From NCBI GenBank assembly GCA_002633005.1, contig NMRA01000744.1:1-58044 (forward strand): a stretch of DNA of 58,044 bases. Direction: 5' to 3'. The stretch comes from Phoronis australis. Its lineage: Eukaryota; Animalia; Phoronida. The position numbers were made by a program, and so were the translations under genes. Below the pieces are notes generated by a model. That model searched no databases and was not told where the DNA came from. It saw only the letters and a program-made list of their open reading frames with translations. Of this stretch, positions 12,578 through 25,515 are shown in pieces (position 1 is the stretch's first letter; each line of letters starts with the position of its first letter).

Positions 12578-15500
12578 GTAAGTTTACCTGCTGTCCAAGA
12601 AATAGGAGTGTTAAAGTGAAGTGACTGTCTTCGATTCACAGTTCTGAGTATCCTTTTATTTTTGTTTTTCAGAGGGACAAATGCGAGTTGGTTCGGATTA
12701 TCAAGCTGTAATTCCACCATTCAATCCAAGTAAGTTTGCTCGACTTCCAACAGATGGCGATTGCAATGTCAAGCCGTGACTTTTGTTTCTGCCACTGAGT
12801 GGTTGTGTTGATCCCTCAGTGATCATAATGTTGATGTGGTTTTCACTGCATTAAGATCAATGATTTTCTGTTTGGGAAAAAGCAATTGACCATTTTTACC
12901 AGTAAGCCATGTTTTGTTGTTGCTTTATATATGTTTATTAGTGTTTACTTGTTGTTTTCGTCCGGTAATATTGCAACCCTTTCTCAGTGTTGCACATAGA
13001 CATGCCAATATTTTATGTGATATCAGGTATCAAAACTAATGCCAAGTGACCAATACATAATGCAGCTTTAAGTTGCCCCCCCCCCCGCTTTTACTAGGTG
13101 ACAACTTTTGAAAACCAAATTTCTGTTTGGCTCCATCTTCAATAGGGATTGTCCTTGTTACATATCATTCCCCTGGACTCTTAAAGCCAAGAAATTTGCA
13201 ACATCACGACCTGATCTGGTATCACATTAGATAAAAAGCCTATTGTGTTGGTACACAATACTGTGGTAGTTACAGGGTCAGAGCTTACATTCACACGAAG
13301 GAATCAGCAGTTAGATGTTAAAGTCTAATTTCTCTGAAAGTCAACCGTTGTCCTTTCAAAGTTTTTTGGTGATAGTATTTCATGCAAAACACATCTTCTT
13401 CACGACATTTGTTGAACGTCATGTGGATATAGTATTTTTAAATATTGGATAGCGTCGGGTGCACTATTTACACGAGTCATAATTACTGGGTTATGTGAGC
13501 TTATCAGATGAATGCAGACAATGATGGCTGACTTTTTTGTCCCCTTGCTATTACTGTCACATTTGTTGTCTGCTTTTAAAAATTAAAAAAACTAACCACA
13601 ACAAACTGTTCAACTGTGCTATTTAAAACTTTCAAAACGAAAATGTCAACAATAATTTTATCACCCCAGTGTGTTTATGATGGATCTAATTATGAACGAT
13701 AACATCAGCAGCCTGTGACGTCCAGAGGTGATGTAATTGCCTACAACTCCATGGTGTCTTGTATCTTTGTGTTGAGTTGCCCAGTCTCGACCGGTGAGGG
13801 TGTTAACGTAGGATACTTTTCATAGCTGACTGGACAGCTTGAAAACTGTGGCTAGCCTGCAAAGTAATCCCTTCAATATATTCCTCTCACTAGAGGGTCT
13901 AGGAACTTGCAAAAGAAAAATGCGCATTAGCCCAAAAATGGCATGCTGATAATGTTTTGAGTGGCATCTAATATGACCTTAAATCTTCCTTTGGTATTTC
14001 ATCAAAAACTAATAGCCCTTTCCAGTTAAGCAGGGCACACAAGGGTAACATTAGTTAATGGTTTTCTGATGCCGGTTGTGTAATGAACCATGAATAATGA
14101 GATGCGCGAATCTTGCCGCAAAATTCACCAAGTAGTCTTCAGGATATACTGCTGCACCCAGCTTACCAAAAGTTTCACCAAACTAGTTTCCAAATCTTCC
14201 AATCGCCACCTGTTTTTGATGGTATAAAACCACCGTGGATAATATCCTTGTAGTAGCAGTCTTCAAGTTTGGAGAGATTCCGTCCCGTCAATGCTATTGT
14301 ATTTTAATAGCTAATTTCTCATTTTTGGTTGTTTGGACCACATTTTTGTGCGTTGCTTTGTGTTATTGTCTCAACCAGTCTGAAATTTTGTTTTCTTCCT
14401 TGCATGAGTATTTATAGTAGTTGCCTTAATACCAAATTCACACGGTGAAGGATGGCTAAAGGAGCAATTGCCCTTCCTGGCATCAATGTACGTTAACTCG
14501 CTGCACTGTTATATATGTGAAAAATACAGTAGCGAACCAGAAAGTGCCAGTATAACATCGTTATATATAAAGTTATAATCAGTTTAGAGTCTTAAGTTGT
14601 GACTGAAATTTCAGACTTTAAGCAGCAAGACACAGCCAGGGCTGAAGCCATGTTGGTCTGGGCGCCAAGTCGTTCACTCCCGGAGAGCCGAAGTAAGTTT
14701 AACCCTCTTTAATATTCCAGCTGCCCATGTAGTCCAGCAATGGGTTTCATTTACACAAGCTTGAAAATCATTTAAGTTAGAAGTCAGCCATTCATTGCAA
14801 GATTTAACTTGTGAATTGTATGGAAGGATTTTCAACTGATAAATTTGTTGGAGCAGATGAAATGGACTGTAAGCAATCTCCTTACTTTGGGGACATCCGT
14901 TAAATTATAATCAATGTAAGTTCAGTTATAAGCAAAGGTATCACTGATACCTTAAATGTGCATAGGTGAAAGTTGGAAGTGAAGTCTGAGCAATGTACGA
15001 GATGGGGCCTGCAAGTTCAAATTAACTTTTGCATTTGTGTAATCGTGTCACGGGAAATTGCGCTCCCTGAATATTTCCAAGGGTGTTAATTTGTTTTTAA
15101 TTTTTCCCGCTGCTCATGAAGCTTTCTGTTACACTGTTTCTTAGATGTATTCGGCCTGTGAATTCCCATGGTTGTCTCCCCATGATGTCCCAAATTCTGC
15201 CAATGCTTCATCCTTCCTGGACAGACTTTCTTAAAGCCATGCATTGTTTTAGTCTTGACGACTGACCTCATCAGTGTCTGTGGCTTTAAAACTTTATGTC
15301 ATCATTAGAAGATTCTAATGTCCAATATGTCTTTATCTTTCTAGTTGATCAGTACATTCAACATGCTAAAGAAAAGCACAACTATAATATGGAACAGGTG
15401 AATATTGTTGCTTTGCTTTGCAATACGGTAAAATGCGATCAATTTAGGATGCAATATGCGTGACGAGTGAAATTTTATATTTTTTTTCATAAAAGACAGA

Positions 15501-18500
15501 TAACACGGAATTAACACATTTCCATCTTCAAACTCTACCATAACTACCAACATTAAATTGAAGGAATTAACACCAATGGCATAAGCCCTTGGAAAATGAA
15601 ATTAGAGGAATTTTTGGCCATTGTTTTTGTCCTATATTGGTTAGATTTTACTGTATCTATTCACATGCAACATATCTATCGTTACATATCTGGAGTTGGA
15701 GTTAATGTTGAAATGTGTAAACCGGCTTGAATTATTTCAAAGTGATGTTAAAAGTGCATTCACAAAATTGAAATCAATTATTCTGACAGACGCTGTCATC
15801 TGAAACAGAATTCATATTTCCTTTCATTTAACGATCTAACTTTAGTCTTAGTTGTGGTGGGTTGTGGTAAAACCTCTCCAGTGTGGGACAGTGAAAATTT
15901 TATTTTGCTCATGGTTCGTGCTTGTAGACATTGGCAAATTTGGCCATCCCAAATTCAAGAATTACGATCAAAGACAAACGATCATTCAATTCGATGTTGT
16001 ACACACTATGGGGACTCGTGAAAATGTTATATCGGTGTCTGTTTACAACGGTTTTATAAACTGCCGAGTCTCTTTTCAGACTCAGGCCAAATTTCAGGCT
16101 TGCGTCTTCAGTCACTGTTCATAAGACAAACCCTGTACTGTAGCTACCATTGTACAATGGTTTGAGTAAGGATTTTCACAATAAAAGCCCAGGTAGTTTT
16201 GGCTTATATTTTTTGTTGGAAAAGTGAGATTTTTCTGTGCGGTTCTTTCAACCAAAATTTGATTAAACTCTGTTTTAGTCTCTTGGTATGCTCTTCTGGC
16301 ATCGCCATGACATTGAGAAGGCCCTCTCGGACCTTTCCAATTTCACGCCGTTTCCCGATGAGTGGACTGTCGAGGACAAAGTGCTGTTTGAGCAAGCGTT
16401 TAGTTTTCATGGGAAGAGCTTCCATCGCATCCGTCAAATGGTGAGTTTCTTCCATTTTGGAATTTCTAGTAAAAATGTTTTAGTGTTTAGAAAAATTTGA
16501 TTTAATTTTACCTTTCAGGTTGCTGCTAGTGACTATAATTATTGCTCAATACTTATCTTGTTATAGGTCTCAATATTTTTCCTTTTCGTATTTATGCTGG
16601 CTTAAAAGCCTTCATAAATATGTGCTCCTGGCTTTTAAATTATTACATTAATTGATTTCCATCTGTTATTTAGAAAATCGAGTGTGCGCTGTTTCTTATC
16701 ATCAAATCTCCTAGCTTAAGTGTTGAGTTTCAAAAATTATCTGTGAAAATGATCCGTATCATAACAAAATTAAATGATTTTAAATATCATTAGAAACTGC
16801 CTATTTCACTGCACTTGGTCAGTAAGTTTGTACAAGAACTTTCGATGCCGCAATCACTTGTATTCGCTCTTCCTGTGTGGAGGCTAAAACATTAGATATA
16901 ACTTCATAGCAGTTAATTCAATGCCTGAAATAAATTGCATTGTGGACTGGAACCGATGATTTTTCAAACTGTTTGAGTTCTGGAATTTGAATTTGTCGTG
17001 AGAAGTTAGGTTAGGATCATTTTCCGAAGAAATATGATAAAAATTCTCTAACATAATGTATCGATATGAGGCAGTGTGGCCTGGTTAATAAGTGCCCGCT
17101 TTCTTTACTTGAGGTCGTGGGTTCAAGTCCCACCAGGTCACACTGCTAAACCCTTGACCGAGGTTTCTAGCTCCTCAGCTCGGTTTTAACCATAAATTAA
17201 TAAAGCATAAAAATATTTCCAGGTGATCAGTACAATGGGCCCACATGCGAGGGTTGTGCACGTCTGGTACAACGTGTATCAGACCGCCTGCATGCAATTA
17301 TTTTTTTATTATTTTACCGATTTGATTTGTTGATCAGTGGGTGTTATGAGTGGTGTTGGCGTCCTGGTGCCAGACAAAAGACTGTCAGGGATTGCTTAGC
17401 ATTAGTATCTGGATTTTGAAACTACTGTCAGCTGGTGTTGACGTTTAATGAGGTGTATGTACTGTTTAATTATCCCTTGGTTTTTGTTCTGTATGAGCAG
17501 TTCATGACTGTTTTAACTCCTTTCTAAAACTTTCATGTTGCAGTTGCCAGACAAATCCATTGCCTCGCTGGTGAAGTATTATTACTCGTGGAAGAAAACT
17601 AGGTCAAGGACAAGCTTGATGGATCGTCAGGCTCGGAGATTTAACAGTCAAGAGGATGCAGACAGGTGCTTCACTTTTTCTGCTTTATGGTTAGATTGAC
17701 ACTTTGGTTGGAGATGTAGGTTTTCATTTGGTTTTTACTCTCTTGCTGCCATGTCGTTAGTTATCTGATGTGTTTGACTTTTGGCACAGAATGGCATCAA
17801 TGTTTCGCTGTAGTTTGACATTCATCATATGCTGAATATCATCACATTTAATTTTAAAAAATACTACCTTTGGAAGACATGATGTAAGCAGACTGTTGTA
17901 TGCATGTTTATGGACAGTGTATGAAGTAGCTGTCGCAAGACCTGTTAAAATATTCAGCTAATTTTTTGTGAATAGCTAAGACTGTACAGGAATTCAAACC
18001 TTTGTTTTTGCCACCCAGTGATGACAGTGACGGAAGTGGGGCCAATGACAGCGACTTTGACAACTCTAAGGAGAACGGCAAGGCGGAGAAGAAAGAAACA
18101 TGTGCTAACTGTGGCGTGGCGTCTTCCCAGCAACACTCGACGACCAAGGGTAACCTGTGTAGCACGTGCTACCAGTACTGGAGGTAAGGGCCATGGCTTT
18201 GTGTTGCCAGTGTCCAGCTGTTGATTTATGAATTTGTCATTTCTGTTCAGTGTCACAAAACAGCAGCGTGTACTTTCAAGTCCCACACAGTACTAGTTAG
18301 GCCAAGCCAGTTGCAAGCATCCAACTTGAATAAGTCAAGTTGGCATCTGTAAACCGCCCCATTGAAGCAATCGATGTTCTGTTGTGGTTCATGGTGTTGC
18401 GAACATTTAAGTCTTGTCTGCATGCCATCTGTTGGCCACATCACATAATCTAAAGAATATAACTCCAAAAAGATTTCTGCCTCGACCGGGACTCGAACAC

Positions 18501-20947
18501 AGGACCTTCTGCTAACCGTGCGGACGCTCTAGCCACTGAGCTATCGGGACCACCGGTCAAACACAGAAATCCAATCGGACATGGCGGTGTTATCGTGTGT
18601 AATTTGGAATGCTAACTTGGCCTATTTATGAACCAAAATGAGAAGTTCCAACCTGAAGCACAAACCAAAGCAATGGTTTTGCTAGGCTTTTTGATGTTCA
18701 TTCAGTAAAATGTGAATTGTTCGTTCTATGCAATGGGATCCTGTTGTGCCTCAGATCAGCAACAAGTCGTTAAAAACTATTGAAGGTGTTTTAATGTTTC
18801 CAGACGCACTGGGTTGATGAGACCGAATGTGGGGCCACGCAAGGAGGGGGCAGTTGGGCACTCAGCTAGCCACGGCCGACACAACCCCATCAAGAACCGA
18901 CGCAAGCCTCCACGCGGCATGTACATGAATGCCGAGGACTTGCACATGATCGCTAGTGGCCCCACGGGGCAGGGAGAGCAAGTACTCAAGGGACTTGATG
19001 CGGAGCTGGTGCAACTGAAGCGACAGGTGCAGAATAACAAACAGATGTTGAGCGTGGTCAAACACCGGACACTAGATGGCATTGATGCATGCAGAGCACC
19101 TGAGGTGAGTGAGGTCAGTGAGGTGTATAGTGCTTTGTGACCCTTATAACTCAGTGGTATGCCACAATTACTTTTGACAGGAGTGTGAGGTGAACAATTA
19201 GACTGGTATATAGAGACCCCGGTTAGAGGTTTTGAACAACAGATAACACAGTTCAGTAGGAGATGCCATAATTTTAATATTTGTTGGTTTTAAAATCGTA
19301 ATCTGTCAAGTTTCTTACGCAAAATCAAATCTGGCCTTTAGTGGAATGAGGATTGCGTTGCATTTTACATGTTCAAGTAGTTCTGAAGGTGACTCTGTTC
19401 TTTTTCTGGTTTTGAGAAATAATCAACATGGCATGGAGCAGTTTATATTAAATAGCAGAGCTGCAGCGTCAGTGCAGCGGAAAGAGTGCGGCAGTTTCGC
19501 ACAACATTTTTCTGTTATTTATTACTTTGAAGTAGTAAAGTGGAATTTGGATGTACTAGAACGAGTTCAGTTTTTGAAAACAGAAAATCAGGGTCTCAGG
19601 AATCTGCACAGTTTTTGCGAAATTGATGAGGGTTTATCAAGGTGTAAGACTATACATAATTTAATAGCCAATCTGTGCATTGTTCCATAGTTGTGATCGC
19701 TTTCCCCAGGCCAATCAAAAGGTGAACCCACGCTGGACCAATGAGGAACTACTTCTGGCCGTGCAGGGCGTACGCAAGTATGGCAAGAACTTCCGTGCCA
19801 TAGCCGAGACCATTGGCAACAAGACGGAGGGTCATGTAAGAAATTTCTTCGTCAGCTACAGGACACGCTATAGTTTGGACGAGTGTCTGCGTGAGTACGA
19901 GGCGGAGAATGGGACACAGGAGGATATGGACATTAAGGAATTGGACAAGGTGAGGCTTTCGTAAAGTGCCTTTCAAATTTTTGCTGCATGGCCTGCTTAA
20001 ATGTTTTTTGAATGCGTTTAATGTTTTGAAGTGTTTCTGATTTCAAATCGCAATTAAAAAGCAAAAGTGACTGGATGGGTCAGAAATTTAAATTTAATGG
20101 TGGTTGGTACTAGTTCCGGACAAAACCGGTAGTCTAGCCAATCACGAGTCTTTAGTGCGCAGTACGTTTTAGTGTTATTTCCATTTCCACTGGAGTTTCG
20201 TTTTGGCGTCTCTGGAAACCTTCACTCCTTGTTGCCTTCATTGACTTTCTTTGTCTTCACAGTTGATTGATTGTTACAGATGGACACTGATGAGAAACCA
20301 GTCGTGGTTGCCACGGAGAGAAGTGACATGCCCACTCCCACCTTGATTGACACTAAACCCGTGCCAGTTGACAGCAAGGCGGGTCCACCGCCGCTACTGA
20401 AACAACCACCAGGATCTCCACAGAAGTCGCCCATTGCTCCAAGGTAAAGCACTGTTATGCACAAATACAGAACACAATGTCTGGGACAAGTGTTTTTTCA
20501 TTTTATATTTTAATTGCCTTGTCATTTTTAAAGTCGTTACCTTACCTGCCGTCAGACAGTTTGTGAGATTTCACTGTTCAAGTGCATTTTCACTGCTCTA
20601 TCAATGGCTCAATTTTTTGTGATATGTGCAAACTGTGTGTACCAATCTGAGTTGCAGAATTGTTGAAGTTTCTTGTAATGCTATCTAATCCTTAAGTGTA
20701 ATTTAAAAAGCAACATTTTACTATCTTCAGACTGCATGTTTTCATTTTCTGTTGTTGCTATTCCCTCTATTTTACTTAAAATCTTACGATTACCTTAGGT
20801 GCACGATAATCGTTACCGAATTTGAACTCTGTCTCACAAATGAGTTTACATTTCAGATTGAGTTCATCGAATCGACCCTCCCTCCACCACCCCCCTCCAT
20901 TGATCAAACCGTCCACTCAGTCTCCCAACAAGGCGACGTCCGCTTGA
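12466..20947 (+). CDS. RCOR1: REST corepressor (CoREST/RCOR) gene, spliced CDS join(12466-12577,12673-12729,14615-14692,15345-15397,16279-16440,17544-17665,18019-18183,18804-19104,19710-19949,20280-20443,20857-20947), 514 aa
   Basis: Phase-consistent GT-AG exons total 1545 nt. Peptides [12 protein letters not shown] (ELM2), [73 protein letters not shown] (SANT1), RKPPRGMYM and [21 protein letters not shown] (SANT2) closely match vertebrate RCOR1/2/3. Confidence 0.96.
12673..12729 (+). CDS. RCOR1: CoREST coding exon 2 (ELM2 start)
   Basis: [12 protein letters not shown]; AG/GT boundaries. Confidence 0.92.
14615..14692 (+). CDS. RCOR1: CoREST exon 3 (ELM2, AMLVWAP)
   Basis: Matches RCOR GMLVWSP; tttcag/gtaagt. 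Confidence 0.92.
15345..15397 (+). CDS. RCOR1: CoREST exon 4 ([18 protein letters not shown])
   Basis: Matches RCOR LDEYIAIAKEKHGYNMEQ. Confidence 0.94.
16279..16440 (+). CDS. RCOR1: CoREST exon 5 (ELM2 end/SANT1)
   Basis: SLGMLFWH...FHRIRQM; ttttag/gtgagt. Confidence 0.96.
17070..17205 (+). mobile_element. tRNA-derived SINE-like fragment in a CoREST intron
   Basis: A-box-like TGGCCTGGTTAA, B-box GGTTCAAGTCC (17120-17130), A-rich end; no intact cloverleaf. Confidence 0.55.
17544..17665 (+). CDS. RCOR1: CoREST exon 6 (SANT1 end)
   Basis: [31 protein letters not shown]. Confidence 0.96.
18019..18183 (+). CDS. RCOR1: CoREST exon 7 (acidic linker plus C4 GATA-like zinc finger)
   Basis: cccag/gtaagg, phase 2-2, encodes CANC-x15-CSTCYQYWR. 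Confidence 0.88.
18478..18550 (-). pseudogene. tRNA-like pseudogene or SINE head
   Basis: GTCCCGATAGCTCAGTGGCTAGAGCG...GTTCGAGTCCCGGTCGAGGCA followed by a T-run; mismatches in acceptor, anticodon and T stems and no U33. Confidence 0.65.
18804..19104 (+). CDS. RCOR1: CoREST exon 8 (LSD1-binding linker/coiled coil)
   Basis: [14 protein letters not shown]...[17 protein letters not shown]. Confidence 0.95.
19710..19949 (+). CDS. RCOR1: CoREST exon 9 (SANT2)
   Basis: [32 protein letters not shown]. Confidence 0.96.
20280..20443 (+). CDS. RCOR1: CoREST exon 10 (Pro-rich)
   Basis: ttacag/gtaaag, open frame MDTDEKP...[10 protein letters not shown]. Confidence 0.85.
20857..20947 (+). CDS. RCOR1: CoREST last coding exon ([29 protein letters not shown])
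   Basis: tttcag acceptor, phase-2 join, PPPLI motif, TGA at 20945-20947. Confidence 0.82.
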
Positions 20948-21062
20948 CCAAGCAAAGTCAATCTGTGTCCAATAGTGTGTTCTTCACTTGAGCATGGCTT
21001 ATTTTTATTTATTAAAGTATTTTGAGGTTGTCTACTCTATGTCTGTTGTCTAAGAGTAAGTA

Positions 21063-21227
21063 CAGTGCACGCCAAAAATAGTGTGACATAATGACGTGCA
21101 ATTCCACCGCCATGGCAGTTGAGGGCCGAGTTCATCATCACAGTATATAGAATGTCCCATTATGACGTGTGAGTACTTGTCATGATGTAGATATGGTATT
21201 TTAGCTCATTATTTTTGGCATGTACTG
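21063..21227. mobile_element. 165-bp Tc1/mariner-type MITE in the CoREST 3'UTR
   Basis: TA-CAGTGCACGCCAAAAATAGTG ... CATTATTTTTGGCATGTACTG-TA: imperfect ~21-bp TIRs with TA TSD. Confidence 0.75.
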
Positions 21228-24200
21228 TAGGTGTAAGTTGATTTGGAAATGGTCAGCAACTTGATATGAAAGAAAGATAATTCGTTCGACTTTATCAGAA
21301 CATGTGCTCTGAAGGATATTGTTGATTGTCTTCGAGCTGGTTAAAATCAGTATAGTTTGCTAGCAGCCTTTCGTTTACACAAACTTCGTTAAAAATGTGA
21401 CTAAGCTTTTTGTTTGCAGCGTACTAGTATCAAGATCGCAAATAAAAAATCTGGTCATGTTTTTAACAGAGTTTGAGCTGCTTGAGTGAAGGAATTTATT
21501 GCTCGAAGGTTGTGTGGGATCTTAAAAAAGAAAAACTTAGATTTAATGCCAGCGGATGGTAAAATTTTTTGTACTTTTTTATAAATAAATGCTACTATTG
21601 GTATGTTAGCCACTAATTTGGTCCCCCAACTTAGTCCATTGTGTCTTACGACCAAAGTGTACATATACCATAAATTTAGCAACAAAGTTGAGGGTGTGAG
21701 AGTGTGCTGTAAATATGCGTTATTGCTCACAGGCAGCAGAAACGACTTCGTAAACTCAGAATTAAAAAATGTGTGGATACCACTAAAAAACACTTATCGG
21801 GAGTCGTTTCTAAAGCCTGAGCTAGGTTGCAGACCATTCCAGTCTAGTGGTTGTTTACTGTATTTAGTAGTAGGTGTCGTTATTTAGTTTCATCCCTTAA
21901 TATTCAAGCGTTGTCTATCATCAGATACTTCATAGCCGTTTCAAACTTGTGTTTGCCCACAGTATTTGTCATCCTATTTATTATTATTATCATTGTGTAA
22001 AATATAACCAAAGTGGCGAGCGTTTCCCTGTTTTTCAGTCAAGGAAAATGTATGGTAAAGAATGGTGCCTAGTTATTGAGGTTGCACACATAAGTAACAG
22101 TAATTCTCCAGTTATTGTGTACAAATTGCCAAACTTGTCATTTTTACTAATTTTCAAAGGCTGGTTATCTTCCTACCAGTAATGGAAACTTTATGAAATG
22201 TTGTTTTAGACACTACAAACAATCCTAGCAGCAGATTAAAACTTTTTAATCTTTATTTTTGTGGAGAAATGTGACATGTAGAATTTCACCTAGAATTACC
22301 GTACATTCAGTCCTATCTCAAAAGCTGCAAATGTAAGACTATCCAATATTAACTGGAAGTAAAAATTAGAAACATAACCTGTTCCAGGGTACCATGCCAA
22401 TAGACATGTGTAACAACTCCTAGCGCCACCCCATGGCATTATGAATGCTGACTGCAGTACCTTTTGTGTGCGGTAAATGGTCTGCTGGGAATGCTCAACC
22501 AAAATGTCTATTCGAAAACTAGGGATTGTATTTAGTGTAATCAAGTGTGAAGTTGTCTAGTCTTACAACTTTCAAGTACTGGTGAAGACTAATTATTGGT
22601 GACATCATATTGTTGGCATTTTGAAAGAGTGGACCTTAGTGTTTACTTAGTTCAACTCACACCATGACCAGCATCATTGCGTGCATAGGTTTATGGAAAT
22701 GACTCCCATAGAGAATTTCCAAGAATGGGCATCTTTTCCAAAACAGAGCAGAAGACGAGCACCATTTTTAATATTGCTCCTGGCTCAATAGCCATTGCAA
22801 CATACAAAGCACCAGTTGCAGGCTTCGCCAGCATCGTCAGTTCCTTGACAGTTCATTCAGAGGCCGTTTCAACAAGATCGCCTTCTGTACAGATTGACTG
22901 GTCCTTCAGCTGGCGCAAAAAGTTTAAGTGCAATTTAAACATGGAATTTTGTAATGAAAACTTTCAATTGTACTGTACTTAGTTTCTGTCAATAAAAAGA
23001 GTTCTCTCGTCAACTGCTTTTTGGTCACAATTTTGTACAGAACAAGAGCCTCAAATTTCATTTTTGAGAATAGGACAGTCCTGAATTCATCTTTTGTCAA
23101 GTACATTGGCCAAACTTTTAAAAAACTGGCCGATTCTAGGAGTGGTGTCCTAAAATACCGAAACTGTGGATGCTTCTCAATTTGCTGCCATCTGCGTTGC
23201 TGCCCACAAAACAGCAGTGAAACTTCAGAAGATTCTATTGAACACGGTTACTGCAGTCTAGAAAAAGTTGAAAAGCAAGACACCTACACTTAATGTGAGA
23301 AAATCAATCGCCTGGAAACTGCTCGACGAATGTTGCAGCATTGTGTGTAAATACCACGAGATTCAACTGCCACTGTACTAACGGGGACCATCCCAATAAG
23401 ATACATGAAAACTGAGTACAGTTAAGTATCCACCCCAAGTTTTCACATGAAAACTAAAACCAAACCAGGACTCCAGTACATGTAATTTATTTGATAAGCT
23501 TATTACAAAATGCGAGACCACTGTCTCACGTTTACAACATATATTAAAAGCGAATCCACTGAAACATGCATCATATAAACTGTCAACTAACAACATAAGT
23601 CTAGAATGGCTCCATGAGACGCACCTTGTCCACTATAATATACACTAAAAGCTGTCAGTCTTAGTCACGCGAAAAAAACTGGAAGTTTTGATTCTTGCCC
23701 CCAAAGCATCGAAAAGGGTTCAAACCAGAAATGTGACCAAGACACTTTATCCACTGCACCAGGTAAACTAACCCTTTGTTCAGCACTTTCCTTGAACGAA
23801 ACATGGGTCTCCAAATAAGGGACTTGAACACAGACCACCACTTCAACACTTATATAAGATGAGTACAAAACAAGAGTGTGACCAATAAACCCGAACTATT
23901 CTCGTGTTCAATATTGCTTAATTATTCCCTCCACACGCGTTTAAGCATGACTTAAAAACCAAGCTATACGCTAAATGCAACCACACAGTATACGCAAATA
24001 CACGGCTATATTATCAACAAATGCTTCTATTCTTCATTAAATTCAGGTTCAAAGAGCCACAAGCCAAACCTTTTTAATTTATAAAATGCTTACAGCATAA
24101 CTTATCTCCTCGATCGCATCAATGTCAGAGTATAAGGGTCATAATTCCCAACACGAACAACACAAGAAATTGGAAATATTACATTCATTATATGGCAAAC

Positions 24201-25314
24201 GGGGAACAAATTTAGAATTCTCTTATCTTGGAACACGTCTAGAACGGCGACCAACACATATCTACAATATGAACAGCGCACCTCAACTTCCTAATCAATT
24301 TTCCGATACTAGCTCGGTGTTGGTAACCACGGAAACGTTTCCATCATTCGAGTGCGCAACAGTCGGGTCATCTATTCCGCAGCCTTCTCAACTAGAAGAA
24401 AACCAAATGTTCACAAATCAAACAGTGTAACATGCAACGAATGCCTTTGACATGGTACCAACTGGAAACTGGACGACTGATGAACACAAACACAAACACA
24501 AAAAGCTGATCTCAAGCTAAAACTCACTATTTGTCTTTAGAAATGAGTTTAAAACATCACTCTATTAAATCCACTCAACAAGTGGCAGTAGTGTTGAACT
24601 GCAAACAACGCCTTCTCAGATTACTACAGCAATTTCAAGGTGCTAGTTCTAGGACTATAACAGGTATTAACATAAAATGATTATCACTCAACACCAACAG
24701 AAGATCGCGAACATGCGAATTGAACTGATAATAGAATATTAAAGATCGTCCAAGGTTACATTTCATCTAGCAGGCTACGTTATACATGGACGTGGCGATA
24801 TGTTATCCTCTGTGTTAACACATAAATGGAGAGAGGTTAATCATTACAGGACTCAGTAGCAGAAATGTCACTAACAACTCATTATTATTATTAGTTATCA
24901 TCTAATGAGGGTCTGCTAACGGTGACGGACGAGTTTAGTCTCAACTAGTGAGTAGGATGGAGACATCTACGATTACATAATACAAGTCTAAGGGGTGCGA
25001 GGACTCTGCCACCAATAGTAGACGAGAACGCATGCTGATCTGCATGTCAATCCAATGTAAATGACAACTTTGAAATTGAAACCTGACGCTTGAAACCATG
25101 CAAACAGGACGAAAACCCATAACTGTACAAAACTAATAGCACTCAGTACAAAACTTAAGACTTTGAGAAGCTGACGAAACTGGTGACAAAACCATCAATC
25201 AGACACGCCCACACGACTTTTGAAAACTCCGAGGCAGACATCTCGCACCGGCGATGACATCATACTGAAGAATCTATACAAACTGACGACAGAAGAGTAA
25301 CAGTGATTGTAATT

Positions 25315-25515
25315 ATAGTTCTAGTCGTGGTGATAGTACTAGTGGTAGTAGTAGTAGTAATAGTAAGAGTAGTTGACGTAGTAGTAGATGTTGCAGTACA
25401 AGTAGTAGTGGTGGTAGTAGTGGAAGTATAGTGGAAGTAATATCAGCGGAAGCTGTAGTGGTGAGAGGAAAATTACGATACTGATAAGTTTAATAATAAT
25501 TATAACTATGATTAT
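25315..25515. repeat. Degenerate (GTA/GTG)n then (ATA)n low-complexity tract in the beta-spectrin 3'UTR
   Basis: Visible trinucleotide periodicity. Confidence 0.8.

Larger units (their letters stand above)
9507..13690. repeat. Copy 2 of the ~4.3 kb direct duplication
   Basis: Colinear with 4979-9464; exon offset 4267 bp. Confidence 0.95.

Noticed and set aside
18478-18550. Functional tRNA gene
   Set aside because: Mismatches in three stems and a non-canonical anticodon loop; treated as a pseudogene or SINE head
20945-21025. Readthrough of the CoREST TGA-C stop
   Set aside because: Context is TGA-CCAAG rather than TGA-CTAG, and the short extension has no coding character
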